Shown here piece after piece: positions 9,907 through 20,561 of a stretch of 64,000 nt of DNA (positions are counted from its first letter, which is position 1; each line of letters starts with the position of its first letter). The position numbers and the translations under genes are program-made. The notes below the pieces were generated by a model. It was not told where the DNA came from. It did not search any database and worked only from the letters and a program-made list of their open reading frames with translations. Origin of the DNA: Microcystaceae cyanobacterium (GTDB lineage: Bacteria; Cyanobacteriota; Cyanobacteriia; Cyanobacteriales; Microcystaceae). Location: assembly GCA_041746575.1 (NCBI GenBank), contig JBGTGT010000123.1:1-64000 (forward strand), given 5' to 3'.

Positions 9907-10713
9907 ATGTCATTTTTCAAACGTCGTCAATTTTTGGCTTTTACAGTTTTTTGTTTAAGCAGTTTAGGAGTCACAGCGGGTTGTCGCTCCTCTTTAATGG
10001 GGAATAATGCAGAAAACCCCACTGAATTAACGGTTTCAGCAGCAGCTAGTCTAAAAGATGTCTTAGAAGCTATTAAACCCCTTTACTTAAAAGACAATTC
10101 CAAGGTGAATTTAACTTATAACTTTGCATCATCGGGGTCATTACAACAACAAATTGAACAAGGTGCGCCCGTTGATATATTTATCTCTGCCGCTCCCAAA
10201 CAGATGAATGCGTTACAAGAAAAAGAATTAATTCAAGCGGAAACCCGCCAAGATTTGCTGAAGAATCAAATGGTTTTAATTGTTCCCCAAGACAATAACA
10301 AAATCAAGGGATTCACTGATTTAAAAACAGCTGACTTTGATAAGATGGCCTTAGGTGAACCTGAAAGTGTTCCGGCCGGCAAATACGGTCAAGAAGTCTT
10401 AAAAACTTTGGGACTTTTTGACACCGTTAAATCCAAAGCGGTTTATGGGAAAGATGTGCGTCAAGTCTTAAATTATGTGGCGACAGAAAATGTTGATGTA
10501 GGCATTGTTTATCGGACTGATGTAAAGGCATCTGATCAGGTTAAAGTGTTAGAAACTGCCCCAGAAAATAGCCATTCTCCGATTATTTATCCGGTTGCTG
10601 TGGTGAAAACCAGTGCTAACCCAGAAGCGGCCAAGAAATTTATTAATTTTCTCCAAAGTGATACGGCTGGAAACGTTTTTGAAAACGAGGGTTTTATCCA
10701 CCTAAAACCCTAA
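9907..10713 (+). CDS. modA: Molybdate ABC transporter substrate-binding lipoprotein
   Basis: SAAASL, FASSGSLQQQIEQGAP, SVPAGKY; KRRQFL twin-Arg-like leader with TAGC lipobox. Confidence 0.95.
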   Translation: MSFFKRRQFLAFTVFCLSSLGVTAGCRSSLMGNNAENPTELTVSAAASLKDVLEAIKPLYLKDNSKVNLTYNFASSGSLQQQIEQGAPVDIFISAAPKQMNALQEKELIQAETRQDLLKNQMVLIVPQDNNKIKGFTDLKTADFDKMALGEPESVPAGKYGQEVLKTLGLFDTVKSKAVYGKDVRQVLNYVATENVDVGIVYRTDVKASDQVKVLETAPENSHSPIIYPVAVVKTSANPEAAKKFINFLQSDTAGNVFENEGFIHLKP

Positions 10714-10734
10714 ACTTTTGATTCCCCATTTCTG

Positions 10735-12672
10735 TTGATGAATATTGACCTTTCTCCGATGTGGATTTCCCTTAAAACGGCCAGCGTGGCCACCCTTTTT
10801 GCCTTTTTATTGGGGGTTTTGGCCGCTCGTTGGATGATGGGTTATCGTCGCTGGGGTAAAGGATTGATTGATGGATTATTAACTGCTCCATTGGTATTAC
10901 CGCCTACGGTAGTTGGATTTTTATTACTGCTGTTGTTGGGAAAAAAAGGGATAATTGGTCAAGTTATTATGAAATTTGACTTTACAGTCATTTTCACTTG
11001 GTACGCGACCGTTATTGCCGCTACTGTTGTCGCTTTTCCTTTAATGTATAAAACCGCCTTAGGGGCATTTAAGCAAATTGACCCAAATTTACTGGCTAGT
11101 GCCAAAACCTTAGGTGCATCAGAATGGACTATTTTTAGGCGTGTCTTGCTTCCTTTAGCAAAACCGGGTTTAATTGCGGGAATTTTACTTTCTTTTGCGC
11201 GTGCTTTAGGAGAATTTGGCGCAACGCTGATGTTAGCGGGGAGTATTCCGGGAAAAACCCAAACCATTCCCATTGCTATCTTTTTTGCTGCCGAAAGTGG
11301 TGATATGGATAAAGCGTTAGGGTGGGTGGGGATTATCTTGGCTATTTCGTTAAGTGTCGTGATCGGCGTTAACTATTGGACAGAAAATCAAGATTTATTA
11401 GTTAAATACCGTCAAATACTGCCCCTTTGCTGGCAAAAGCGACCCAAACGTTTAAAAGGACAAGCGGCCACTATCGCAAAACGATTGAAGAATTTCCCCG
11501 TCTCGTCGGATACTATTGAACTTGATGTCCAAATTCACAAAAAATTAGCCAATTTCACTTTAGATGTTGCCTTCAAAACGCTTCAAACCCCTTTAGGCTT
11601 GTTAGGCAGTTCGGGCGCAGGGAAAAGCCTGATTTTACGGTGTATTGCTGGCTTAGAAACACCCGATAAGGGACGAATTGTGCTAAATGGCCGAGTTTTG
11701 TTTGACTCCGGAGCAGGGATTAATTTACCCCCTCAACAGCGTCATGTGGGTTACGTATTTCAAAACTACGCTCTTTTTCCTCATCTTACTGTGGCGCAAA
11801 ACATCGCTTTCGGCCTGCCGAAGCACCTATCTTCGCTTAAAGTGCGTCAAATCGTCGAAAAACAACTGATCGACATTCAATTGGCTGAATTAATCCACCG
11901 CTATCCTCACGAACTCTCAGGGGGACAACAGCAAAGAATAGCCTTAGCAAGAGCATTAGCAAGTAAACCTGATATTTTACTATTAGATGAACCTTTTTCT
12001 GCTCTGGATACTTATCTAAGAGACACCTTAGAAAAACTACTGCGAAATCGCCTCACGCATTATCAAGGGGTTACCCTCTTCGTCACCCATAACCTTGAAG
12101 AAGCGTATCGGGTGTGTCCCCATCTTTTAATCTTGCAAAAGGGCAAAATTTTGATCAAAGGCACAAAACAAGGCATTTTTGAAAATCCTACTTTGTTTGA
12201 CGTTGCTAGAATCACAGGTTGTAGAAATTTCTCCCGCATTAGTCCAGTTAACTCGAAAAATCAAGTTACGGCTATTGATTGGGGATGCCAACTGAGCTTA
12301 CCTCCAGAAAATTCAGTTTCATCCGCTTCTTATATCGGGATTCGGGCGCATCAAATTATGTTTCCCACTTTAGAACCCAGTAATGTGTTTTCCCAAGCGA
12401 ATACCTTTGACTGCTGGGTAACTGCTGCCAGCGAAACCCAACACCGCATAACTCTTTATCTTAAGCTGAATTCGCCTCCCACCAGTCCCCATGATTATCA
12501 CTTGCAAGCAGAAGTCTTTAAAGAGAAATGGGTTGTCCTACAAACCTACCCCTTTCCTTGGCAAGTTCAACTGCAACCCCAACGCCTCATGTTGCTTCAG
12601 CATTCCGCTGAATCTTCACTGAGTTTCCCGACAAGTACAGAGTATTCCAATCGTGCAAAGTACGACGTTTAA
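10735..12672 (+). CDS. modBC: Fused molybdate ABC permease/ATPase
   Basis: PLVLPPTVVG and FARALGEFGAT (ModB); [23 protein letters not shown] (ModC). Confidence 0.93.
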   Translation: MMNIDLSPMWISLKTASVATLFAFLLGVLAARWMMGYRRWGKGLIDGLLTAPLVLPPTVVGFLLLLLLGKKGIIGQVIMKFDFTVIFTWYATVIAATVVAFPLMYKTALGAFKQIDPNLLASAKTLGASEWTIFRRVLLPLAKPGLIAGILLSFARALGEFGATLMLAGSIPGKTQTIPIAIFFAAESGDMDKALGWVGIILAISLSVVIGVNYWTENQDLLVKYRQILPLCWQKRPKRLKGQAATIAKRLKNFPVSSDTIELDVQIHKKLANFTLDVAFKTLQTPLGLLGSSGAGKSLILRCIAGLETPDKGRIVLNGRVLFDSGAGINLPPQQRHVGYVFQNYALFPHLTVAQNIAFGLPKHLSSLKVRQIVEKQLIDIQLAELIHRYPHELSGGQQQRIALARALASKPDILLLDEPFSALDTYLRDTLEKLLRNRLTHYQGVTLFVTHNLEEAYRVCPHLLILQKGKILIKGTKQGIFENPTLFDVARITGCRNFSRISPVNSKNQVTAIDWGCQLSLPPENSVSSASYIGIRAHQIMFPTLEPSNVFSQANTFDCWVTAASETQHRITLYLKLNSPPTSPHDYHLQAEVFKEKWVVLQTYPFPWQVQLQPQRLMLLQHSAESSLSFPTSTEYSNRAKYDV

Positions 12673-12732
12673 GGGAATAAATAGAGGGAAAATTCCGAAA
12701 ACTGAGGGCGGACTTGCTCAATTTAAGGGGAA

Positions 12733-15012
12733 ATGTTACCCTTCCCTATAGAAGTGTTCGTTCAATCTATTCCTTCCTACGTGAAATTTCCTTTTTTTAA
12801 GTCTTCTGCCTCCTCTCGTCTGTCTGAATCCGTCACCGAATCCACGTCATCGGGTTTAGGCACGTTTGGCGGCGTTTTTACCCCTTCTATCCTCACCATC
12901 TTAGGGGTAATCATGTATCTCCGCTTTGGTTGGGTGGTGGGCAATGTCGGGTTAATTGGGACATTACTCATTGTCACCCTCGCCAATGTCATCACCTTTC
13001 TCACCGCCTTATCCGTCTGTGCGATCGCCACGGATCGAGTTGTACGAGTAGGGGGCGCATATTATATGATAAGTCGTTCTTTGGGCATCGAAACAGGAGG
13101 TGCAGTTGGCATTCCGCTCTATTTCGCTCAAGCTCTCTCTGTTGCTCTCTATACCATTGGTTTTGCAGAAAGTGTCGTCCAAACCTTTCCCCATCTCAAT
13201 CAGTTATATGTTGCGTTAATTGTGACCATTTTGGTGGGAATTTTAGCCTTAACCTCCGCCAGTGTGGCTATTAAGGCGCAATACTTCATCATGGCTGCCA
13301 TTGTCCTTTCCCTTATTTCTTTCTATTGGGGTCGTCCCTACGAACCGACACAAATTGAATGGTTTATCAGCAATAAAGAACCTTTCTGGGCTGTTTTTGC
13401 GGTCTTTTTCCCTGCTGTGACAGGAATCATGGCTGGTGTCAATATGTCAGGGGATCTCAAAGATCCGACCAAGTCTCTCCCCATCGGCACACTGGCGGCA
13501 GTGATCACGGGTTATCTTATTTATATGTCTTTGCCTATTTTCCTTGCATTACGGGCAAATAGTGCCAATTTAATTGCTAATCCTTTGATTATGGAAAAAA
13601 TGGCTTTGTGGGGGCCGGCTATCTTGTTGGGGGTATGGGGAGCAACCCTGAGTAGTGCTATCGGCAGTATTCTCGGTGCGCCTAGGGTATTACAAGCGTT
13701 GGCTAGAGACCGAGTTTTACCCCATTGGATGCGTTTTTTAGGGCAAGGAAGCGGGAAAGATGACGAACCAAGGATTGGCACAGCGATAACCCTAGCTGTT
13801 GCAATTGCGGCAGTTTATGTCGGGGATTTGAACTTGATTGCGCCCGTTTTAACCATGTTTTTCCTGACGACATATTTGGTGTTAAACGTCTCAGCGGCTA
13901 TTGAATCTTTGTTGCAAAGTCCCTCCTTTCGCCCTTCTTTCCCCGTTCATTGGACATTATCCCTCTTAGGAGCAATCGGTTGTCTAGTGGTGATGTTTCT
14001 GATCAATGCTATTGCCACAATTGTAGCGGCGGTCGTTGTTTTAGGGATTTACTTCTGGGTGAGACAACGGGAATTAAGAGTCACATGGGGGGACGTAAGG
14101 CGAGGGATTTGGATGGCTTTGTTGAGAACTGCCATTTTACAAACGGATCATCAAAAAGATGGCAAAAATTGGCGACCTCAAATTTTAGTACTGTCTGGCG
14201 CACCGACAAAACGCTGGTCTTTAATTCAATTAGCAGACGCTTTGACCCATAATCGGGGCTTAGTGACTGTCGCCAGCATCTTACCATTGGGATCACGGGA
14301 TCTCGCCCGACAAGCTCTGTTAGAAAAACGGATTCGTAACTATTTAGAACGCAGAGGAATTCCGGCTTTAGTCCGCTTAGTCACTGCACCCGATCCCTTT
14401 GATGGGGCTGAAAAATTGGTTGAAGCCTACGGTTTAGGCTCAATTGTCCCTAATACCATTTTATTAGGTGCTAGTGAAGAAGTCAGTCACCGCGATCGCT
14501 ATTGTCAGATGATTGCTCGTTTATATCAAGCCAGACGAAATATTGTTATTTTAAGTGAAAATTTGCAAAAGATGCCGACTAAAAAACGTCCTAGACAAAT
14601 TGACGTTTGGTGGGGGGGAACGGTTTCTTCTAACGGTAGCTTAATGCTTATTTTAGCTTATCTCTTGCGCAGTAATACCTTCTGGCAAGCCGCCGATATT
14701 TACTTAAAGCTAGTTGTCCCCGATCAAACCGCCGCTCAAGCCGCTCAGATCAATTTAAAGGAATTTGCAGAAAATCTAAGAATTGACACACTTTCTCAAG
14801 TTATTGAGGCAAATAATCGTCATTTCACTGATATATTGCATGAATCTTCTCAAAATGCTGACTTAATTTTTCTAGGACTAGCCAAACCCGAAGAGAATTT
14901 TACCCAATACTACGAACAAATGCAAGAGCGATTAATTCATCTTCCCCCCACAATTTTGGTTCTTGCTTCTCCTGATTTCGATTCGCACGCTATTTTAGGG
15001 AAAAACAAGTAA
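12733..15012 (+). CDS. Cation-chloride cotransporter (SLC12-like, APC superfamily); start uncertain
   Basis: GTFGGVFTPS.L.ILGVIMYLRFGWVVG, GGAYYMISRSLG, FFPAVTGIMAG, KNWRPQ, IDVWW. Confidence 0.88.
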   Translation: MLPFPIEVFVQSIPSYVKFPFFKSSASSRLSESVTESTSSGLGTFGGVFTPSILTILGVIMYLRFGWVVGNVGLIGTLLIVTLANVITFLTALSVCAIATDRVVRVGGAYYMISRSLGIETGGAVGIPLYFAQALSVALYTIGFAESVVQTFPHLNQLYVALIVTILVGILALTSASVAIKAQYFIMAAIVLSLISFYWGRPYEPTQIEWFISNKEPFWAVFAVFFPAVTGIMAGVNMSGDLKDPTKSLPIGTLAAVITGYLIYMSLPIFLALRANSANLIANPLIMEKMALWGPAILLGVWGATLSSAIGSILGAPRVLQALARDRVLPHWMRFLGQGSGKDDEPRIGTAITLAVAIAAVYVGDLNLIAPVLTMFFLTTYLVLNVSAAIESLLQSPSFRPSFPVHWTLSLLGAIGCLVVMFLINAIATIVAAVVVLGIYFWVRQRELRVTWGDVRRGIWMALLRTAILQTDHQKDGKNWRPQILVLSGAPTKRWSLIQLADALTHNRGLVTVASILPLGSRDLARQALLEKRIRNYLERRGIPALVRLVTAPDPFDGAEKLVEAYGLGSIVPNTILLGASEEVSHRDRYCQMIARLYQARRNIVILSENLQKMPTKKRPRQIDVWWGGTVSSNGSLMLILAYLLRSNTFWQAADIYLKLVVPDQTAAQAAQINLKEFAENLRIDTLSQVIEANNRHFTDILHESSQNADLIFLGLAKPEENFTQYYEQMQERLIHLPPTILVLASPDFDSHAILGKNK

Positions 15013-15140
15013 AAATGTGCTTTTATTGTCTGTTGCTACTAATCTAACCCTAGAAAGCCCTCTCTGTCCTCTGTAACCTGCCTCAAACCTTAAATCCTTA
15101 TATTTTCTTTCTGCGTTTAAATCTAACCCGCTTTTGAATT

Positions 15141-15347
15141 ACGTGAGTTCGACCATCAGAAAAGCTACGAAACTTCTTCATTTAATTTTTTTTCATTTAT
15201 TTTGTGCAGGGGGTGCGGGGGAGGCACTCCGTCCCCCGTTGGGGGGTTTGAGGGGCTAGTCCCCCAATCAAGAATTTGTTTTTCCTTTCCCAATTCCAAT
15301 CAGAATGAACAAAAAAATTGAGATAATTGCCCTCGCCGAACTCACGT
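15141..15347. mobile_element. 207-bp non-autonomous element (MITE-like)
   Basis: TIR ACGTGAGTTCG (15141-15151) / CGAACTCACGT (15337-15347), flanked by direct repeat TTGAATT (15134-15140 and 15348-15354); GC-rich structured core; no transposase. Confidence 0.8.
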
Positions 15348-15423
15348 TTGAATTGATGAATTCAATAAAAACCCTCAGGGAGGATGATAAACTAAGGGCT
15401 GATCAGACACCCAATCAATCATC

Positions 15424-16809
15424 ATGGTAGCAGTCGCCATCTTAGCCGCCGGCAAAGGAACACGAATGAAATCCCATCTTCCCAAAGTTTTACACCCTTT
15501 GGGCGGAAAAAGTTTATTAGAACGGGTTTTAGAGAGTACGAGCTTGCTTAATCCGAGCCATCGTTTTGTGATCATAGGCTATCAAGGAGAAAATATCCAG
15601 AATTCTCTGAAACACCTCGAAAAAATCGAATTTGTCCAGCAAACCGAACAATTAGGCACCGGACACGCCGTTCAACAACTTATTCCCCATCTTCAAGGGT
15701 ATGAGGGGGATTTATTGGTTTTAAATGGCGATGTTCCCCTTTTACGACCTGAAACCCTACAAAACTTAATTAGACTTCATCAAGCTCACCAAAGTGCGGC
15801 GACGCTCTTAACAGCCCATTTACCTAATCCGAGCGGATATGGACGAGTCTTTTGTGACAGTAATAACCTAGTGACTCAGATTGTAGAAGATAGAGATTGT
15901 AGTGCGGCGCAAAAAAACAATCATCGAATTAATGGGGGCATTTACTGCTTTAATTGGCCTAAATTAGCTGAAGTACTGCCAAAATTAACCTCAAGTAACG
16001 ATCAAAATGAATATTACTTAACCGATGTGGTTCAATTTATAAATCCTGTGATGGCTATGGACGTGGACGATTATCAAGAAATTAGTGGTATTAACGACCG
16101 TTTGCAATTATCCCAAGCTAATGAAGTATTACAGCAACGAATTAAAGAAAAATGGATGAAAGCAGGCGTAACCCTCATCAATCCTAGTAGTATTACCATT
16201 GATGACACTGTTATACTTTCTCCTGATATTGTCATTGAACCCCAAACCCATTTACGAGGAAATACGACCATTGGAACGGGAAGTCGCATCGGACCGAGTA
16301 CATTAATCGAAAGTAGTGAAATTGGCCAAAATGTGACCGTTTTATACTCCGTTATCAGTGATAGTCGGGTGGCGAGTCATTGCAAAGTCGGCCCCTATAC
16401 TCATTTACGGGGAGAGACGGATATTCATGCTCATTGTCGTTTAGGGAATTTTGTCGAAATTAAGAAAACCACCGTTGGTCAAAATTGCAATGTGGCGCAT
16501 TTAGCGTACTTAGGAGATGCAACGCTAGGAGAACGGGTAAACGTAGGTGCAGGAACAATTACCGCTAATTATGACGGATTTAACAAACATCAGACTATTA
16601 TAGGCGATGGAACGAAAACAGGAGCAAATAGTGTCTTTGTTGCGCCTGTCACTTTAGGGCAGGATGTCACCGTGGCGGCAGGTTCAATCATTACCCACGA
16701 TGTCCCCGACGGGGCGTTAGCGATTGCCCGTGAAAGACAGCGAATTATGGAAAATTGGGCAGAAACCGTGAAAGCAAGGCGAAAAGACCGAGAAGAATCA
16801 GATCAATAG
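15424..16809 (+). CDS. glmU: Bifunctional UDP-GlcNAc pyrophosphorylase / glucosamine-1-P acetyltransferase
   Basis: [37 protein letters not shown], hexapeptide repeats. Confidence 0.98.
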   Translation: MVAVAILAAGKGTRMKSHLPKVLHPLGGKSLLERVLESTSLLNPSHRFVIIGYQGENIQNSLKHLEKIEFVQQTEQLGTGHAVQQLIPHLQGYEGDLLVLNGDVPLLRPETLQNLIRLHQAHQSAATLLTAHLPNPSGYGRVFCDSNNLVTQIVEDRDCSAAQKNNHRINGGIYCFNWPKLAEVLPKLTSSNDQNEYYLTDVVQFINPVMAMDVDDYQEISGINDRLQLSQANEVLQQRIKEKWMKAGVTLINPSSITIDDTVILSPDIVIEPQTHLRGNTTIGTGSRIGPSTLIESSEIGQNVTVLYSVISDSRVASHCKVGPYTHLRGETDIHAHCRLGNFVEIKKTTVGQNCNVAHLAYLGDATLGERVNVGAGTITANYDGFNKHQTIIGDGTKTGANSVFVAPVTLGQDVTVAAGSIITHDVPDGALAIARERQRIMENWAETVKARRKDREESDQ

Positions 16810-16813
16810 CCGA

Positions 16814-16834
16814 AAGGTGGGCATTGCCCACCTT
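16814..16834. terminator. REP-like palindrome between convergent glmU and prx; probable bidirectional terminator
   Basis: AAGGTGGGCA-T-TGCCCACCTT. Confidence 0.65.
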
Positions 16835-16841
16835 CTGTGAT

Positions 16842-17276
16842 TTACTTAGCCGCTTTTAAGATATCTTGGGCGTGGGATTCGGTTTTTACTTTTTCATCTA
16901 CATAGCTGATGGTGCCTTCTGCATCAATAACATAGGTCACCCGTTTTGCGTAGCCTCCTCCTTCTACATCATAGGCTTTGGTAATTGCGCCATCTTTATC
17001 CGCTAAAAGGGTGAAAGGTAGCCCATATTTTTCTTTAAACGCTTTATGAGAGGCTTCGTCATCCATACTAACTCCTAAGACAACCATATCCTTCCCTTGA
17101 TATTCCGTATAGTTGTCACGGAAGCTTTGGGCTTGTTTTGTACAGCCAGGGGTGTCATCTTTAGGATAGAAGTATAAAACGACGATTTTTCCTTTAAAAT
17201 CAGATAAGGAAACTGTTTTTCCTTCATCGGTGGTGGTTGTAAAAGCGGGGGCAACCGTTCCAACTGCTAAAGCCAT
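16842..17276 (-). CDS. bcp: Peroxiredoxin, BCP/PrxQ type (single Cys)
   Basis: LYFYPKDDTPGCT. Confidence 0.92.
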   Translation of the reverse strand: MALAVGTVAPAFTTTTDEGKTVSLSDFKGKIVVLYFYPKDDTPGCTKQAQSFRDNYTEYQGKDMVVLGVSMDDEASHKAFKEKYGLPFTLLADKDGAITKAYDVEGGGYAKRVTYVIDAEGTISYVDEKVKTESHAQDILKAAK

Positions 17277-17499
17277 AATTTCCTCTTGAGGGTAAAACGA
17301 TAATTAAGGTCGATCATAAAATGAATGGACAACAGATGGCAAGGAAAAGAAAAAAGGACGAATTTTGGCCATGAATTTTCTTTAATTCTGTCGGAGAATC
17401 ACAACTGAGAGATGAGGTTAGATAAGAGACTTTTTAAAAGCAGGAAAGAGGAAGGATTGCGCTATTTTTCCAAGTCGGATTTTCGAGGGTTTGAAATTT

Positions 17500-18093
17500 T
17501 TATTTTCCATAGACTTTCTTTTCTTTAGCAATCAATCTCGCCGCTAAAATTCCCCCTAAAAAGCCAAATAAATGACCTTGCCATGAAACATAAGGATTCG
17601 TCGGTAAGATACCCCAAATTAAAGTACCGTACAAAGAAAAAACAATTAGGGATAAGAAAATCGAAGCAGGATTGCGCTGAAACCATCCTCTGAACAATAG
17701 AAAACCTAAATATCCAAATATTAAAATACTCGACCCAATATGAATTGAACCCGGTACAGCCAATACCCAAACCCCCAATCCCCCGACGATCATAGTAATC
17801 AGGGTTACAATCCAAAAATCGCTGGTTTCTTGTACCATCACAAACCATCCTAAAATCAAAAAAGGAATCGTATTCGCTATCAAATGTGGAAATCCACCGT
17901 GAAGAAAGGGGGCAAATAAGATGCCTCTTAAGCCGATTAACTGATGGGGTATAATTCCCAAACGATCTAAAGATCCTTGAAAAAGAAACTGATCTATAAT
18001 TTCTAAAACCCAGAAAAGTGTCACAAAACTTCCCAGTATTGTCCCTTGTCTTTTAAGGTGTCCAGAGATTGAAGTGTGATGAGGGGTGGCCAT
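17500..18093 (-). CDS. Rhomboid-family intramembrane serine protease
   Basis: PFLHGG..HLIAN, HIGSS, SWQGHLFG. Confidence 0.9.
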   Translation of the reverse strand: MATPHHTSISGHLKRQGTILGSFVTLFWVLEIIDQFLFQGSLDRLGIIPHQLIGLRGILFAPFLHGGFPHLIANTIPFLILGWFVMVQETSDFWIVTLITMIVGGLGVWVLAVPGSIHIGSSILIFGYLGFLLFRGWFQRNPASIFLSLIVFSLYGTLIWGILPTNPYVSWQGHLFGFLGGILAARLIAKEKKVYGK

Positions 18094-18156
18094 GATTTTG
18101 CGAGTATTATGGATTATCTTAATTTCTATTATAGGAAAAATAAACAGTGATCGCCA

Positions 18157-19074
18157 CTAAAAATTATCTTTGCGGGTTGTAAAAGTAGATTGACTTAATT
18201 CTAAATAAATATGCTCCAATTGAACAGATTGACGAGAAATTGAATCAATGGTGATCCCTTTAAATAAGTGCAAAATTTCTGGTAATTCTAACATCTCCCG
18301 AAACCAAAATCCTAATTGTTTTCCGTAACGTCTATGGGTTAATCCCAGTGATTTTGCCCTCGCTAATAGTTCTGTTTCTTGAGAACTTTGAATAAACACA
18401 ATTTCCTTAGCGGCGATATGTTGTCGTAACTCATCCAATGTTCCTTCAGTAATAATTTGTCCTTGTTGAATAATGCCAATTCTTTGACAGAGATGTTGAG
18501 CTTCATCGAGTAAATGAGTGGTTAATAAAATGGTTAGTCCTTGTTGTTGTAGCGTCTCAATTAACTGCCAAATTTCGTAACGAGATTCAATATCTAATCC
18601 CGTAGTTGGTTCATCTAAAATCAGTAATTTTGGTTGATGAACTAAGGCCGAGGCAATACTTAATTTCCGTTGCATACCCCCGCTCAGGTTGTCAACGAGA
18701 CAGTGAGATTTATGTAGTAAATTAACTGCCGCTAAACTCGATTGAATCTGCTTATTTTGGATAGCTCTAGATAAACCATAAAGCTGACTAAGAAACGCTA
18801 AATGTTCTTGACACGTTAAATTTCGATAGAGTAAATTCTCTTGGGGGACAACCCCTATCCATCTTCGAGTGGATGCAGAAACGGGATATCCATTAATTTC
18901 TACGTTTCCACTATCAAGATTTAATAGATTACAAATAATATTAATTGTGGTGGTTTTTCCTTCACCGTTATTCCCTAATAAACCATAAACTTCTTGGGGT
19001 TTAATCGAAAAGCTAAGTTGCTTAAGGACTTGATATTTTTTATAGGATTTATGAACATTTTGAAGTTTTAACAT
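18157..19074 (-). CDS. ABC-2-type exporter ATP-binding subunit
   Basis: GNNGEGKTT, LSGGMQR, LILDEPTTGLD, TTH. Confidence 0.9.
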   Translation of the reverse strand: MLKLQNVHKSYKKYQVLKQLSFSIKPQEVYGLLGNNGEGKTTTINIICNLLNLDSGNVEINGYPVSASTRRWIGVVPQENLLYRNLTCQEHLAFLSQLYGLSRAIQNKQIQSSLAAVNLLHKSHCLVDNLSGGMQRKLSIASALVHQPKLLILDEPTTGLDIESRYEIWQLIETLQQQGLTILLTTHLLDEAQHLCQRIGIIQQGQIITEGTLDELRQHIAAKEIVFIQSSQETELLARAKSLGLTHRRYGKQLGFWFREMLELPEILHLFKGITIDSISRQSVQLEHIYLELSQSTFTTRKDNF

Positions 19075-19144
19075 ATAAAAATGATCTTAAAAAAATAGAA
19101 TGATCGAGTTATTAATATAAATATAATTTAACCTATCATATAAA

Positions 19145-20308
19145 TTATCTTTTTTTCTCTTGCTTGAGCGAATAAACGTGGTCAAACCATCCTTGCTTCC
19201 AAAAAAAATAAATCAACACTCCAGCAACACACAGCATTATTAAGATACAAATATAGTAACTCCATTTCCAGTGTAATTCTGGCATATAGGTGAAGTTCAT
19301 TCCGTATAAACCGACAATAAAGGTTAGGGGAATAAAAATCGTAGAAATTACGGTTAATAACTTCATCACTTCATTCATGCGATTACTCATCGAAGAAAGA
19401 TAAACATCCATCAAGCTTGATGCCAATTCTCGATAGGTTTCAACAATATCTAATAGTTGAATAACATGATCATAGCAATCTCGAAAATAAAATTTTATGT
19501 CATCATTAATCATCGAATGTTGTCCACGAATTAATAAATCTATCACATTTCTTAGGGGCCAAATTGCTCGTCTTAAGGATAATAATTCTCGCCTGACTGC
19601 ATAAATTTCTTGCAAATGATCATGCTGGGGACGACTGACTAATTGATCTTCCAAATCTTCAATTCGATCCCCATAATCCTCCAAAACGGGAAAGTAGTTA
19701 TCAATCATTGCATCTAATAATAGATACATTAAATAATCTGCCCCCTCTTGGCGAATTTTTCCTTGATTTTCTCGAATGCGTTTTCTAACAGCATCAAAGC
19801 AATCTTGATCATCTTCTTGAAAGGTAAGTAGATAATTTTTACCTAATACGAAACCCACTTGCTCGCTGGCAAATCCCATCTCGTCTGGATTTGCTTGTAC
19901 CATGTGGGCAATAATCACCAATTGTTCGTTATAGTCTTCGACTTTAGGTCTTTGGGGAACATTAACAACATCTTCAAGTAATAAGGGGTGCAAGTGAAAT
20001 ATCTCTCCGACTTGCTTGAGAATTCGTTCACTACCTAACCCTTGAATATCCATCCAAGAAACCGTATTTGTGCCTAAATAAGGTCGTAAGGCATTAGGGG
20101 TTACATCAACTTTACGAATAGCTTGAGCGGGATCATAATCAATTAAAATAATTCGCGAAGGAAACGCATCAGGTTCAATACTTAACGTTCCCGGTTCACT
20201 CCCCGGTTCATCATAAAAATAATCAAAATAATCTTCTTCTTCCGCTTCAGTCACTTGTTGAAGGGTAGGATCAAAGATGGAATAGTCTTGAGAAAGACGT
20301 TGATTCAT
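19145..20308 (-). CDS. corA: Magnesium/cobalt transporter CorA
   Basis: QRPKVEDY, LTFQE, GLYGMNF..MPEL. Confidence 0.95.
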   Translation of the reverse strand: MNQRLSQDYSIFDPTLQQVTEAEEEDYFDYFYDEPGSEPGTLSIEPDAFPSRIILIDYDPAQAIRKVDVTPNALRPYLGTNTVSWMDIQGLGSERILKQVGEIFHLHPLLLEDVVNVPQRPKVEDYNEQLVIIAHMVQANPDEMGFASEQVGFVLGKNYLLTFQEDDQDCFDAVRKRIRENQGKIRQEGADYLMYLLLDAMIDNYFPVLEDYGDRIEDLEDQLVSRPQHDHLQEIYAVRRELLSLRRAIWPLRNVIDLLIRGQHSMINDDIKFYFRDCYDHVIQLLDIVETYRELASSLMDVYLSSMSNRMNEVMKLLTVISTIFIPLTFIVGLYGMNFTYMPELHWKWSYYICILIMLCVAGVLIYFFWKQGWFDHVYSLKQEKKR

Positions 20309-20561
20309 AAGATTAGTCCGCTCGAAAACACCAGTTAAACTTGAAACATTTTGTTATCCTAACGCTATATTAACCAAGGGTATCGTTAGGTAAGCTTTTT
20401 GATTTTAGCAAAAATTGAAAAATTTCAAACTTGATCTAGCTTAGTTTCTTTTAGAACGTCTACTCATGGTAAGATAGCTCAGTCATAACGCTTGTGTCAA
20501 AGTGAATCTCTCAAAACCTGACAGCAATTGCACTCAATCTTTCCCCTCAGGTTAATATTAA

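Noticed and set aside
10735..12672. modB-modC fusion and duplicated pstB as novelties
   Set aside because: Both arrangements are already familiar in cyanobacteria
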